Of a DNA stretch of 64,000 nt, positions 13,311 to 25,349 are shown one piece after another; positions within the stretch are counted from its first letter, which is position 1, and each line of letters opens with the position of its first letter. Position numbers and translations under genes: made by a program. The notes beneath the pieces were generated by a model. It was not told the origin of the DNA. It made no database searches and saw only the letters and a program-made list of their open reading frames with translations. Source of the stretch: Mobula hypostoma (Eukaryota); assembly GCF_963921235.1 (NCBI RefSeq), contig NC_086097.1:206090001-206154000 (forward strand), read 5' to 3'.

Positions 13311-14584
13311 GACATCAATCACTACCTCAATATTTTTTCTCTCTCTTTTTACAGTACTTATTATAAATATCCTTAGTTTCTTTCAAGTGCCAAAGTTGAC
13401 ATGTATGATCTAAGTGCATTAAACTGAATGCATGAATATTTTTGTCAGGCCTACAAGAGACTGTCCCATGATAATGAACAAGGAGTTCAAGATTGTATGT
13501 GTTACTATTCACTATCCCATTCTGCATTATATTTTTCTTGAGATTCCTAAGCCCTACTCTAGACCTGGATGTTTTATACACATTAGGAATGTGTATGACA
13601 TATCCAACAGTTTCAAAATTATAACTTTCTATTTCTCTTTGGTCTCCTTTCTGACTGGGCGTGAGCCAGAGGAATATGGACCTAACTGTCCTACAGAGCA
13701 ACTGTTTTGTGTTTTGAATTATTGTGCTTGCAAAACAACTTTTGAAAGAGTTTAGACATCTATCCCTTCAGTCATTTATTTTAATACATTGATAAATGGT
13801 CCAGAACTCATAATCAAACTATAGTAATACTTTTCAAATTGCAATTGTATTCCAAAGGCTTCTGCCAAAATTGAAGCCTATTAAACTCTAGCAGTTATAC
13901 TGAGCAGCCAATTGTACTGTCCTTTATAAAATACTTATTTTCTTCTTTTGAACTAAACCATACAGTATATCCATTTGGATCCTGAGAATTACATTAAAGT
14001 TTGCCAGAGGATCGAATACTTTATTAGAGAGAATAAAGTGACTTAAGAACAATTGTTGTACATTACTTGTGCCAAGATTAACACATTTCATTTCTAAAGA
14101 AAGAGTTCATTAAGGTATAAAAATTGGACAGCGCACCCTTCACCCACAGCAATCAATGAACTGAGGTTTAAAAACACTAATGATTGAGGGACATTTTATA
14201 CTTGGATCAGAATTACATACTAAGATGTTTGTCTGCCTCAGGAATTCAACATTAAAGTAGTTAATGGGAAGTTATTTGGTTCAATGGAATTCTCAGCTTG
14301 TTTGGATCATAATTATGCTTGGATCAGCAATACATTTCAAAGGCATTAATCCTCCCTCATACAAAACCCAACACCACAGTAATATGGTTTGTCTTCTTAC
14401 AAGACGTTGATTTTTCTATAGGTTGTCAAAAGAAAACTACAAACAGCTTGATATTTCGAAAAAAGGAGTTGGTTACACCCAGTTCAGATATACATATAAT
14501 GTTACCTACAAAATCAATTTACCTTTTGACATTTTGTCTCTGTTATTTTTGCCAACAAACTGAGCCAACAGTTTGCAGTCATGC

Positions 14585-14765
14585 CCCACAATCACCAGAG
14601 AGATGAATGACCAATTCATCTGCTCAGCTACTGTTAGTTGAGGATGAATGTCATTCAGGACACTTGGGAAGCTCTTGGCTCTTCTTCAAATATGTGCTGT
14701 GGAATATTTTACATCCTTCTTAACTGGCAAATGGGCCTCAGTTAAGCATCTGTACTGAAAGATAT
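14585..14765 (-). mobile_element. Ancient Deu-domain SINE remnant (AmnSINE1/SacSINE1-like)
   Basis: GTTGAGGATGAATGTCATTCAGGACAC...GCTCTTCTTCAAATA...TTTTACATCC...GGGCCTCAGTTAAGCATCT...GAAAGA resembles, from memory, the reverse complement of the DeuSINE central domain. Confidence 0.65.
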
Positions 14766-15277
14766 CGGGAGAGAATTTGGCCAATACCCAAAACTAGATG
14801 TAGAGATTGCAGAGTTTGATAAATCTACTCCCATTCATCGTGTCACAAGTAGCAAAGTAATAAGTGCTGCATACTCTGCAATATACTTGACTTCTTCAGT
14901 TACTATACTAGTATTCAAATGATCTAGGGAGATGTTTAAATCCTTTAACAACAACTGAGGAATTTAATTTCAATTCACCAAATCATTCTAAAGTAAAAAA
15001 AAGAGTTGGTATTGGTAAAACTGACCATAGAATCACTGGATTAGTTCAAGTGTTCACTGGCTCCCTAACACACTTCTGAGAAATGAAATCTATCCTCATT
15101 CAGTCTGGTCAAACTTGTGGTTCTAGATTTGTCACTGTGGTTGAGTTTTAACCATTGCCTTAGTTTCTGTAGCTTAAGACTGAAGGGAAGGAAGAGAGCT
15201 GGAACCTTGGAGTAGAACTTCCAGTACTTTGGACATGGAAAAATGCAGCATCAGATATCAACAATAGGTGAAGGCAA

Positions 15278-16299
15278 ACAACAGGAATTCTGCAGATGCT
15301 GGAAATTCAAGCAACACACATCAAAGTTGCTGGAGAACGCAGCAGGCCAGGCAGCATCTATAGGAAGAGGCGCAGTCGACGTTTCAGGCCGAGACCCTTC
15401 GTCAGGACTAACTGAAGGAAGAGTGAGTAAGGGATTTGAAAGCTGGAGGGGGAGGGGGAGATGCAAAATGATAGGAGAAGACAGGAGGGGGAGGGATAGA
15501 GCCGAGAGCTGGACAGGTGATAGGCAAAAGGGGATACGAGAGGATCATGGGACAGGAGGTCCGGGAAGAAAGACGGGGGGGGGTGACCCAGAGGATGGGC
15601 AAGAGGTATATTCAGAGGGACAGAGGGAGAAAAAGGAGAGTGAGAGAAAGAATGTGTGCATAAAAATGAGTAACAGATGGGGTACGAGGGGGAGGTGGGG
15701 CCTAGCGGAAGTTAGAGAAGTCAATGTTCATGCCATCAGGTTGGAGGCTACCCAGACGGAATATAAGGTGTTGTTCCTCCAACCTGAGTGTGGCTTCATC
15801 TTTACAGTAGAGGAGGCCGTGGATAGACATGTCAGAATGGGAATGGGATGTGGAATTAAAATGTGTGACCACTGGGAGATCCTGCTTTCTCTGGCGGACA
15901 GAGCGTAGATGTTCAGCAAAGCGGTCTCCCAGTCTGCGTCGGGTCTCACCAATATATAAAAGGCCACATCGGGAGCACCGGACGCAGTATATCACCCCAG
16001 TCGACTCACAGGTGAAGTGATGCCTCACCTGGAAGGACTGTTTGGGGCCCTGAATGGTGGTAAGGGAGGAAGTGTAAGGGCATGTGTAGCACTTGTTCCG
16101 CTTACACGGATAAGTATCGGCTCTATCCCTCCCCCTCCTGTCTTCTCCTATCATTTTGCATCTCCCCTTCCCCCTCCAGCTTTCAAATCCCTTACTCACT
16201 CTTCCTTCAGTTAGTCCTGACGAAGGGTCTCGGCCTGAAAGGTCGACTGCGCCTCTTCCTATAGATGCTGACTGGCCTGCTGCGTTCACCAGCAACTTT
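15278..16299 (-). mobile_element. Young Penelope-like element: GIY-YIG endonuclease C-terminal fragment + pLTR + inverted pLTR copy
   Basis: ORF CKRNKCYTC...GVIYCVRCSRCGLLYIGETRRRLGDRFAEH...RLEEQHLIFRLGSLQPDGMN; 183-bp inverted repeat 15323-15505 / 16117-16299; perfect 15-bp TSD AATAGGTGAAGGCAA (15263-15277, 16300-16314). Confidence 0.95.
15374..15409 (-). ncRNA. Minimal type-I hammerhead ribozyme motif
   Basis: Minus strand reads AGUC-CUGACGA-AGGGUCUCGGCCU-GAAAC-GUC-GACU: intact core, stem I AGUC/GACU, stem II, minimal palindromic stem III. Confidence 0.85.
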
Positions 16300-17209
16300 A
16301 ATAGGTGAAGGCAACAAGATCAGCTTTACAGAAAAATGGAGCTGCAGAGCTGGAAGGGTGCATACAGCAATCAAGAAGGGATTTTGAGCATAAGGATGAG
16401 AAATTTAAATGGAAGGCAAATGTTAATGTGATATCATTTTAGGAATATGAGCATAGGCTGAAAGATGATCAAAATGTGAACACACAAGATCCAGAGAACA
16501 GAATTTGACATGAAATGTTATTGATGAATTTTGCACCTTTCGAAATTTAAAAGATGAAAACCCACAGAGGAGTGAAGTTGCCTTAGCAAGAGATGCTGAA
16601 TCAAGGAACACTCTCTCTCTACAGCTTAATGCCAGAAGCAATAGATTTACATTTCTATGGCAGTCAAATTAACATAAGAAAATCCAGAAATACATCATTG
16701 TAAAAATCATTTTTACGAGTTTAACTGTCTTAAATCAGTGTCATCATTTCATAATCTGTATTCCTTTAGAACTTCATGTGAAATCTAGGTTCCCTTCAAA
16801 AGTGTGTGGTCTAAAATACTAATTTTTTTTTGACATTTTTCTTAAATACAGTAGAACATGGCCCATATCCAAATAGAATCACAATCCACAAGGATTCTTC
16901 AGAGCTTCCTGCCACTGTAGGAGGCCAGGGCTGAATGACAGACAATGATAAGCATAATGAACTTAAACAACAGGTTGGCAGATTTGCTATCAGTAAGATG
17001 CTTTTGTCATTGGTAGTACTGAAGCAGAAATATTTTGAAAAAAATTAAGTAATGGAATAGCTGCACACAACACTACCAGACTATTTTGCCTTTTCATTCT
17101 TGGCAAGAGGATATTTTAACCCATTTTGTCCTGAATTTGACATAATCAGTGGCTTTCTAACCACAGGACCTGGTATGTCATGTGCAACTGGTCAGGCTGA
17201 ACTTGAGAG

Positions 17210-17765
17210 GATTGTGTACAGTTCTGTTTGCTAAAGAGTAGAAACAATGTGTTGACATTAGAGAGAGACCAGAAGAGACATGGATGTCGTCAGAAATGGA
17301 GGACTCGTGTTACAGAGAGTTCATTCTCAATGGAAAGTAAAAGGCTGAGCTGTGACCTTATTGAGGTCTATAAAATTATGAGGGGTATATAGGGTAGATA
17401 ATCAGAGTCTATTTTTCTAGGGTGGGTGTTAGTTTAGGTCAGGAGATAAAATTTAGAGGAGATGAGCAGACTGAGCAGGTTTTTCACACAGACGGTGATG
17501 GTTACATGGTATCAACACCAGATGAAGTGGTAGAAACAGATAACAATGCAATGCTTAGAAGGCATTTTGACAGGTACTTGGATAAGAAAGGAGTTAACAG
17601 GACGTGTGCTTAATGTGAGCAAATGGGCTTAGGGTAACACACATCAAAGTTGCTGGTGAACGCAGCGGGCCAGGCAGCATCTCTAGGAAGAGGTACAGTC
17701 GACGTTTCAGGCCAGATCAGTAGCATATGGATGAGTTAGGCTGAAGGGCGGCTTGTACATCTCTA
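17210..17765 (+). mobile_element. Degraded CR1 3' end with nested Penelope pLTR fragment (~17636-17714)
   Basis: GACCTTATTGAGGTCTATAAAATTATGAGGGGTATA is CR1-like; the insert matches 6164-6242. Confidence 0.75.
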
Positions 17766-19659
17766 TGGCGACGATAATTATTATTTTAATATTAAGGATA
17801 ATGATTAACCATGCAGGTCTGAGATTTCTGAACAAAGATGAGGAGTCTCAGTAATAATTTTCCCTGAAAATGAAGAAGGGGAGATGTTGGTTGGTGCCTG
17901 AGGCCATCCACAGCATCTACTTAGGCTGATAGCTCTGTGGTAATCATTCTAATTGCAAAGTCAAAAAGATGGTTTCAAGTCGAAATCACTGGCATTGATA
18001 TTAAATTTTAAAATCTATAAACAATGATTCTATATTCTTGAAAATATATTTTAAAAATCTAAACCTACATTTCTTTTCTGATATATTGTTCTACAACAGT
18101 GAATAAGCTTTTCAGAGAGACAGTGGTAACATGAGAAGCAAGCATTGGGTTTAATTTTAGATTTCTCTAAGAATAAACTGTCATTGATATGATGGATTCT
18201 ATTGCCTGCAAACTTTGTAAATCTGTGTTTCTCTATATTTTGGAAGTTTTTTTTCTCTACATCCTTCAACCTTTGCAAACATTTCTGCTCTTCATTATAC
18301 TGTAAAAGTGCTTCTCTTCATGATTAATACGTGTCTATATTTGATGATTACAGAGCCCTTATTAACTTTTATGTTGGTCTTCCAGTGGTCTTCCTTTGCC
18401 TTTTTCTATTAATTCTTCTAGTATTTCCTTCTGTTATATAGATGCCATTATTTCTTTTTGGAGTGACAATTTTCTTCATTCAAACACTAAAAAGATGTTA
18501 TACATGTCTTCTAAAATTGACTTTCAAACCATCAATTTCATTCCTTCCTCAAATAATGTAAAACCTATCACAACAGGGACTCTGACTCATGACTGTAAAA
18601 TACATTCCAAATTGGAACGTATATGGTTCACAGAATCCTCAAGCAACTCATGTTTTTTTCTCACTCTTATCATGCAGGAATTAGTGACACAACACTTCTC
18701 AGGAAATCCGTAAAAATATTCGGTCCTCTATGGTACAAAGGGGGATCTTGAATATTATTTTTCTGTTACATATAAAATAATGAACTAAAAATGGCTTACT
18801 TGCCTTATAGAACTTCCACAACAATAATTATTTCAAATTGCTTCAAGAGATAATGAGTAAAATAGGCAAAAAAAAGTTTCATTAATGGAAAATGTCAGTT
18901 ACAATAAATGGACTCTAGAACTAAACCTGGCATAACTAGCGTGTTCCTTTATTTCCATAGAAGTCTGTTGTGTCACATTGTGTCAGAATGTTTTTGAAAA
19001 ACCGTGTGATGTAGTATGTCATGTTATGCTCTCCCTTTTCCTGTTTTGTTTTGTGGAAGATAAAAACTCTCTGCTGCGACTGTATAGCCAAAGGCTCTTG
19101 CACAGCATTCCAATTAATCCAGTTCAAAGCTGTCTGCTTCACTGTTACCTCCACTAACCAACCTGAGTCTTCGCTACCGTTAAGTACCATTTCAAAACTG
19201 GATGGCAGCAACTGCTAAAAGCTTACCCCACAAGCAGAAACTTTGACTGGACCAGTTAACATTTTCAAATGTTACCTCAGGCAAGATGAATTTTGAATCA
19301 TACAACATGTTCACTTGGAAATATATTTTTCTTTTCCAGGTGTTGTTCATATATCATGTTAGAATTACTCTTGTTGCAGCAATCTGGAGCAACACCCAGA
19401 ATGCTGGAGGAATTCAGTATGTCAGGCAGTATCTATGGAGAGAAATGGACAGTTGATATTTTGGGTCATGTTCAGACAAATCCAACATGTCAACTACCTA
19501 TTTTCCTCCAATCGACGATGCCCAAGCCGTTCAGTTCCTCCATTATGATGCTCCATTATAAGTTTTCTTAGAACATAAGGGCTGTCAAAGGTAAACAGCA
19601 ATGAATAATAAATGTTGAACTCTCAACAATACAACATGTTTATGAACAATAAATGGAGG

Positions 19660-21060
19660 CAACAACAGGAAGTGCAACACCTGTCCCTACAACTTGTCCC
19701 TTATCTTCATCTGGGAACCTAAACAGATCTTCCAGGTGATGTCAAGAATCATGTGCAACTCTTCCAATCTGATCCATTGCATTCACTGTTTGCAATGTGG
19801 CAGTGGGTCAGGTTATGGTTCAGGGACACAGATGAGGGATAATGAAAAGTAATTTGCAATGTTCAGAGCCCAGGTTGGAATGATGCACAACTGAAGATCA
19901 GCAATCTTGGAGGTTGTGTCGACAGGCGATGAGGAAACCAATCCCCAGGTTGCCGCATCCCAAGTTGGAGGTTCGTACGGGCAGGAATCACAATGGCTGG
20001 TGAACCCCATGCCACTGGGATCGGAGGTCCTTAAGATTCCGTAAATTGAGGCTTGAAGCTTCTGCAAATGAAGATCAGCAATGCCAGAGGTTGGATCAGT
20101 CAAGGTCGAGGGTCAAGCCTGTGACTAGCCAGTCTTGGGGTCAATACCCAGAGGGTGGCGAAGTTTGGAGTGCAAAGCTAAAGGTTCAGACCTTGGTGAG
20201 TCCAAGGGTGGAAAAGCAGAAAGGTCAAAGAATGAAGTCGGCGAGTTTTGAGGTAGAGATCGTAAGTTGAGTCTGTGAGCCCAGCCAGGGACTGGAGTTA
20301 AGAGGCTAAATGCCTGTGAGTCTGAGAGTCCAAAGCTAAAGACTAGAGGCCTGGAGGCAGCAGGTCCTGGGCTTGGGGGCCTACCTGTCTATGTGAGAGG
20401 CCAAGGAAAGGGTTGTTTTGCTGTTGTTGCTTGTTTTATTCTGCTGAGCATTGCGGGCATGCTTTGTTGGCACTGGAATATGTGACAAAACTTGTGGGCT
20501 GCCCGTAGTACATCCCTGGTATTTTGTTGTAAAGCCAAACAATGCACCTCCCTGTATGATTCAATATACATGTAGTAAATAAATCTGAATCCTTTACATT
20601 GATGAGATCAAGTGTAGACATTTGTGACTGTTTTGCAGAGGCGCACATAGTCTATCCTCAATGGCCACTTGCACCACATTTTAACTCTCCTTCCCATTCC
20701 CACACCAATGTATCTGTCCTTGGCCTTCTCCACTGCCACAGTGAGGCCAAATGTAAAACAGTTGCAAACTAGGAATGCTCCTCCTATTCCTCCTGTGTAA
20801 CCACAGCCCAATGATCTGAATAGTTCACATTCCAATTTCAGGTACCCCAATCCCTCAAAGTCCTTTCCCACTCATTGCAGTCCACCCAGGTTTGTTTCTC
20901 TTTGTTCACCTTCTCCATTTCTTCCCCCATCCCTCATTATCTAAAGTCATCATCACCCCCACCTAGTTCCATCTGCCCAGCATCCACATATCCATCTCTT
21001 ATACCTAGCTTGTCTTCCCTATTCTCTCCCTCATCTCATTCCATCTGACCATCTTCCTTC
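19660..21060 (+). mobile_element. Old Penelope GIY-YIG remnant split by an ~0.8-kb insertion (~19802-20590)
   Basis: PKQIFQV..CNSSNLIHCIHCLQCG ends at ~19800 and LYIDEIKCR resumes at ~20592, followed by the pyrimidine-rich pLTR tract. The insert ends in AAATAAATCTGAATC, a LINE-type tail. Confidence 0.75.
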
Positions 21061-21077
21061 CTGAGATACTAATAAGG

Positions 21078-21415
21078 ATTGTCACCTTGTCGTGGTGGAG
21101 AGGGTTGTGAGTTCCTGAGATCTTGAAAGTGACGCTCTCTGGAGTTCAGCCATCTGGCGCTTAGCTCATGGTAGGCTCACCTATGTCGGAAAGGTCAAGG
21201 GGGAGGTTCCAGCCAAGGAGTGATCCAACCAATACCTGAATAGTGGAGCTGGTGGAAGATGATGATGTACCACAATGACAGTGAATGGTAGGTATCCGAT
21301 CATCTTGCATCCCATGCCACTGAACCTTGACCCTGATCTGTCTCGGACAGTGTGGTGACTGCCTCTGCATAAGCCTCCCCATGTTAAAGTCATGCATAAG
21401 TCTCCATTAAGGAAA
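21078..21415 (+). mobile_element. RTE/Expander-type 5'-UTR-like repeat
   Basis: Begins GTCACCTTGTCGTGGTGGAGAGGG and contains TGGTAGG...GGTCAAGGGGGAGGTTCCAG, recalled from fish RTE (Rex3/Expander) 5' ends. Confidence 0.5.
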
Positions 21416-22954
21416 TTGAACATTTTACAAAGGTTACACTTTCATATTAAACACAAAGGTTGGTTTCAATTGTTAAAGAAAGGCATTGACTAATGATCTA
21501 TTGCTTTATTCACATATTAGAATAGTGAAGAGACTATTGACTAATCCAATCATTAATTCCTTAAGGAGTTTAAATGAAAATAAACTGTCCAATAATGATT
21601 GTTTATATTCACCCTGATCACATCTAAGCTAATTTTTTTCTTTGTAAACTTAATGATTTTTAAATGTCTCAATATATTTTTGAATACACCAATCGATATA
21701 CTTAAGGCATTTTCAATAAATCATATGAACATGTTTTCTGCAAAATTTTGTTGACAGCACAGCACAGCTTCAATACATTGGAAATGGATTTGAAAATGTT
21801 ATGTTCATTTTGATGTTCTTACATAATTAATAAAAATAATCAAATATTAAAACAGTGTATAAATCTACATATTCTGTGTTTTATAAGCATGCTTTGTTAC
21901 ATATATTGATAAAATCTTTTTGACCATTTAATACTCTATACAATAAGCGTACAGTGTCTGAGTGTTAATAAATAATTAGTTTTAATAGCAAAACCCCCTG
22001 GATATTTGATGGCAACCTTTCATTTCAGGTTTGATGTATCTATCATCATGTTAATATAATTAATCCATCAGCACTCAATCATATTTCTCCTCTTTCAATG
22101 GAATACCATTGTTATTTAAAGGCTCATTTCCATTTATAAACTTAAATGGAATGAATGAAATTAAGATTGATTTCCCTTCATGTTTATACAAGTTTATTTA
22201 ATCTGTGATCTACTGTGAGTGTATTGCTGTCTTTAGTATTCTGCTAGTCAATAAACTGAAGTTGTGTAACTCCTGAGTTTTCAATTTCCAGATTACCACA
22301 TACAGTTGATCTGAGAGTTGCTCCTTGTCTTCTTCCAGAGGAATAGAATTGGGGCATCTTGTCCTTTGAACCTATGGTTTCATTTAATCACACCATGACA
22401 ATCTGAATCACATCTCACCCATACTCCATACTTGCATCAAAAACGTTGACACCACTATCTTGTAAAATCTATCATCCATGAAATTGGCAATTGTATTAAA
22501 ATGGAAGCCCTTTAGGGGAAGGAACCCCAGATTCATATTGTTCTTTATTCAATGCAGCCCTTTACTATTTTCATAGAGTCACGCATGGTAGGTTTGTCTT
22601 CTTACGTTCCTTAAAACTTGGGCTTTTGCTCCAATTACTTCAAAGGAATATGTATTAAATTTTAAATTGGAATATAGGAGTTTATTCTAATTAAAGGACA
22701 AGACACAATAACATTTTTCACCATTTCAGTGCAAAGCATGCCAAAACATTCAATAATTAGCCATATGATATTAATATGCTGGAAAATTAGAAGAATTGAT
22801 CTTGAAAGTAATTATAATGAAAATACACATTAAACATTCTCTAATACTGACATGATAGAACATTAAGAGTGGTCTGTTGGCATGATACGTCCACTTTCAC
22901 AATATGACAATCTGTGAATTGTTACACTGAGAAATTGGACATATCATACTGACA

Positions 22955-23243
22955 GGCAGCACGGTTGCATAGTGGTTAGCACAATGCTGTACTGTACGGG
23001 CGACCCAGGTTCAATTCCTGTCACTGCCCGTAAGGACTTTGGACGTTTCCCTTGTGTCCGCGTGGGTTTCCTCCGGGTGCTCCGGCTTCTTCCCATATTC
23101 CAAAGACGTACAGGTTGGTAGGTTAATTGGTCATTGTAAATTGTGCCATGATTAGGCCAGGATTAAATTGGTAGATTAATGGGTGGCATTGCTCAAAGGG
23201 CCAGAAGGGCCTAATCCATGCTGTATGTCAATAAATAAATAAA
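22955..23243 (+). mobile_element. tRNA-derived V-SINE (HE1-like)
   Basis: A box TGCATAGTGG, B box GGTTCAATTCC, V-domain GCGTGGGTTTCCTCCGGGTGCTCCGG, CR1-like 3' end GGGCCAGAAGGGCCT, (AATA)n tail. Confidence 0.9.
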
Positions 23244-23627
23244 GAAGCCAATAAACAAGAAATTCTTCATCATATTTTATATTTGTGCTTCCTCAATACA
23301 GATAGGATAACAATATAAGGATAAGCTCCACCATAATTTTGCCTCTTCTATCACATACCTTCATCATTAAACAAAATACCTTTGAATGTATACCCTATTG
23401 ATTCCATTTACAGTCATATCTTTTTCAAGCGATTTGAAACTACCAATATCAATCCAATTCAAATGGTGGTGCTGCATAAATTGATTGCAAAGTATAGAAA
23501 TGGCATTCAACAAACTTTGTTATCAGTTCATTTTGAGCACTCGGGCAACCAAAGAAATGGTTATCTGTTTTTAATCATTATTTCTTACATGTCAGAATTT
23601 AAAGTGAAAATTAAACCCCAGCTATTA

Positions 23628-24050
23628 CTTTTTACTTTTTCAATATTTTTATTAGTTTCTGCATAGAAGAATACAGAGTTCAGAGTACAAGATATATATT
23701 ATAAGTCAAAAGAAAAAAACAAAATAGTACCAAATGCAATATATTAAAAATACAGTTACAATCACAAAACCCTGTATTCATAAAAATTAAATCATAATAT
23801 TGAAATTAATAATTTTGTTATACAGAAAAAAAAACCTAACCACTGTTAGGAAAAGCAAGAAAAGAGGGGAAAGGCTCTCATCATATAATAAAATATATTA
23901 TTAGCCACCATCTGCACTTTTACAACAAATCAAAGGTTTTGAAAATAACTCAAAAATGGTCCCCACAATGTATAAAAATCTTGGCTAGATTCAAAAACTG
24001 AACAACAGATCTTCTCTAAGTTTAAGCATGACATAACATCATGTAACCAT
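23628..24050 (-). mobile_element. L1/Tx1-type LINE 3' end
   Basis: Minus strand encodes WLHDVMSCLNLEKI...DFYTLWGPFLSYFQNL*, followed by an AT-rich UTR, AATAAA and an A-rich tail. Confidence 0.75.
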
Positions 24051-25349
24051 TACTTTTGATAAGTTATTTCAGCTGTGTGGCATGAGTTCAAATGCATCCC
24101 ACAATGTACTGGCAAAAAGGTTCCTTCAGATAATTGAATAAATGAGTTTGAGCAACTTTTATTTATTTCATTTGTTCATATATTCTTAGACAAAGAAAAG
24201 TTTTGCCATGTGGATTTTTCATTGAAGGATGTAAAATATATGATTTTAGTACTTCTTTAACACTGATGTCAGATAGGTAGAATTGTGGATGTTTGCTTGG
24301 CATATGAATGTCTCAAACTGTCAATGAATGTGGGAAAATATTTCATTTTCTGAAATATTATCAATGCTAACATCCATGAGCCAAGAGATAAATTTCTGTA
24401 ACTAATGCATTTGATAAAGGAATAGTTTGTGACATTAATGAGATTTGTCCTTAGGTCTGACCTGCACATTTCATCATAATGATAAAATGTAGCAACCATA
24501 ACCATTTTATACAAATAATCCTTGCAATTCTAAACCTAGGCAGAATGCCAAGCTTCAGCACACACATTGTATCATTCTATGCTTATAATAATGCCAATTT
24601 GATATAGAATTCTGTTCTAAATCATCTGCTTTGCATGAGAATGAATAGGAAAAAAATGCCTATGTAAATATTCTGTCTAAAATACTATAGCTATAATCAA
24701 CTTGATTACCTAAAACCATCTAAAATGTCCATGAAATATTGTGTGCTGCATCTTTTTTTGTCGAAGGCATGATTCATATCCAGCTCAAGAAGGCCGCATG
24801 CAAGTGATGCGATGATGTGATCTGACAAAAATGTTTAATTGTCTTATGCATTTTAAACTGGGAAGAAAGGTAAGAACTTTTTCTAAATAAAGATGGTGTC
24901 TTTCATGCTAAAAATTGACGCTAATCTGCTCTGCTGGGGTCTGAGCTTTGCGAAAGATGCTAATTTTTCTTTATGTTTTGTCTTTACTAATCAATTTTAT
25001 TATATCAATATCTAAATGCTCAGTGTAATAGAAATCTGAACAATATATCCATATCAAAAGAAAAAATAAAACTTGTTCTCAAAGAAAATTGTTTAGCGGC
25101 TCCAGATTGAAATTTCAAAATCAAAAAGCATCTTGGTTTCATTCACTATGTAAAGTGAGAAAATCGTGTTAATGAGATATTTGCAATAATAACAGCAAAA
25201 GTACTTTGAAGGTGCTGATTCTATTTCATTCAAGTTTTAGATATGTTGTTCCTTCTCTAGCTCTCCTTACACATAAACATCTACAAAAAGGCATATCCTT
25301 ATATGTGTAAACTCTTCACCACATTAAATCTGCATTCACAATAAGACAG

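Noticed and set aside
15243..15908. 221-aa plus-strand ORF
   Set aside because: Antisense read-through of the Penelope pLTR and purine tract, not a gene.
19030..19230. Plus-strand acceptor-like tract followed by a Cys-rich open frame
   Set aside because: No recognisable protein, no clear donor, and opposite to the host gene; could be a non-coding element but unsupported.
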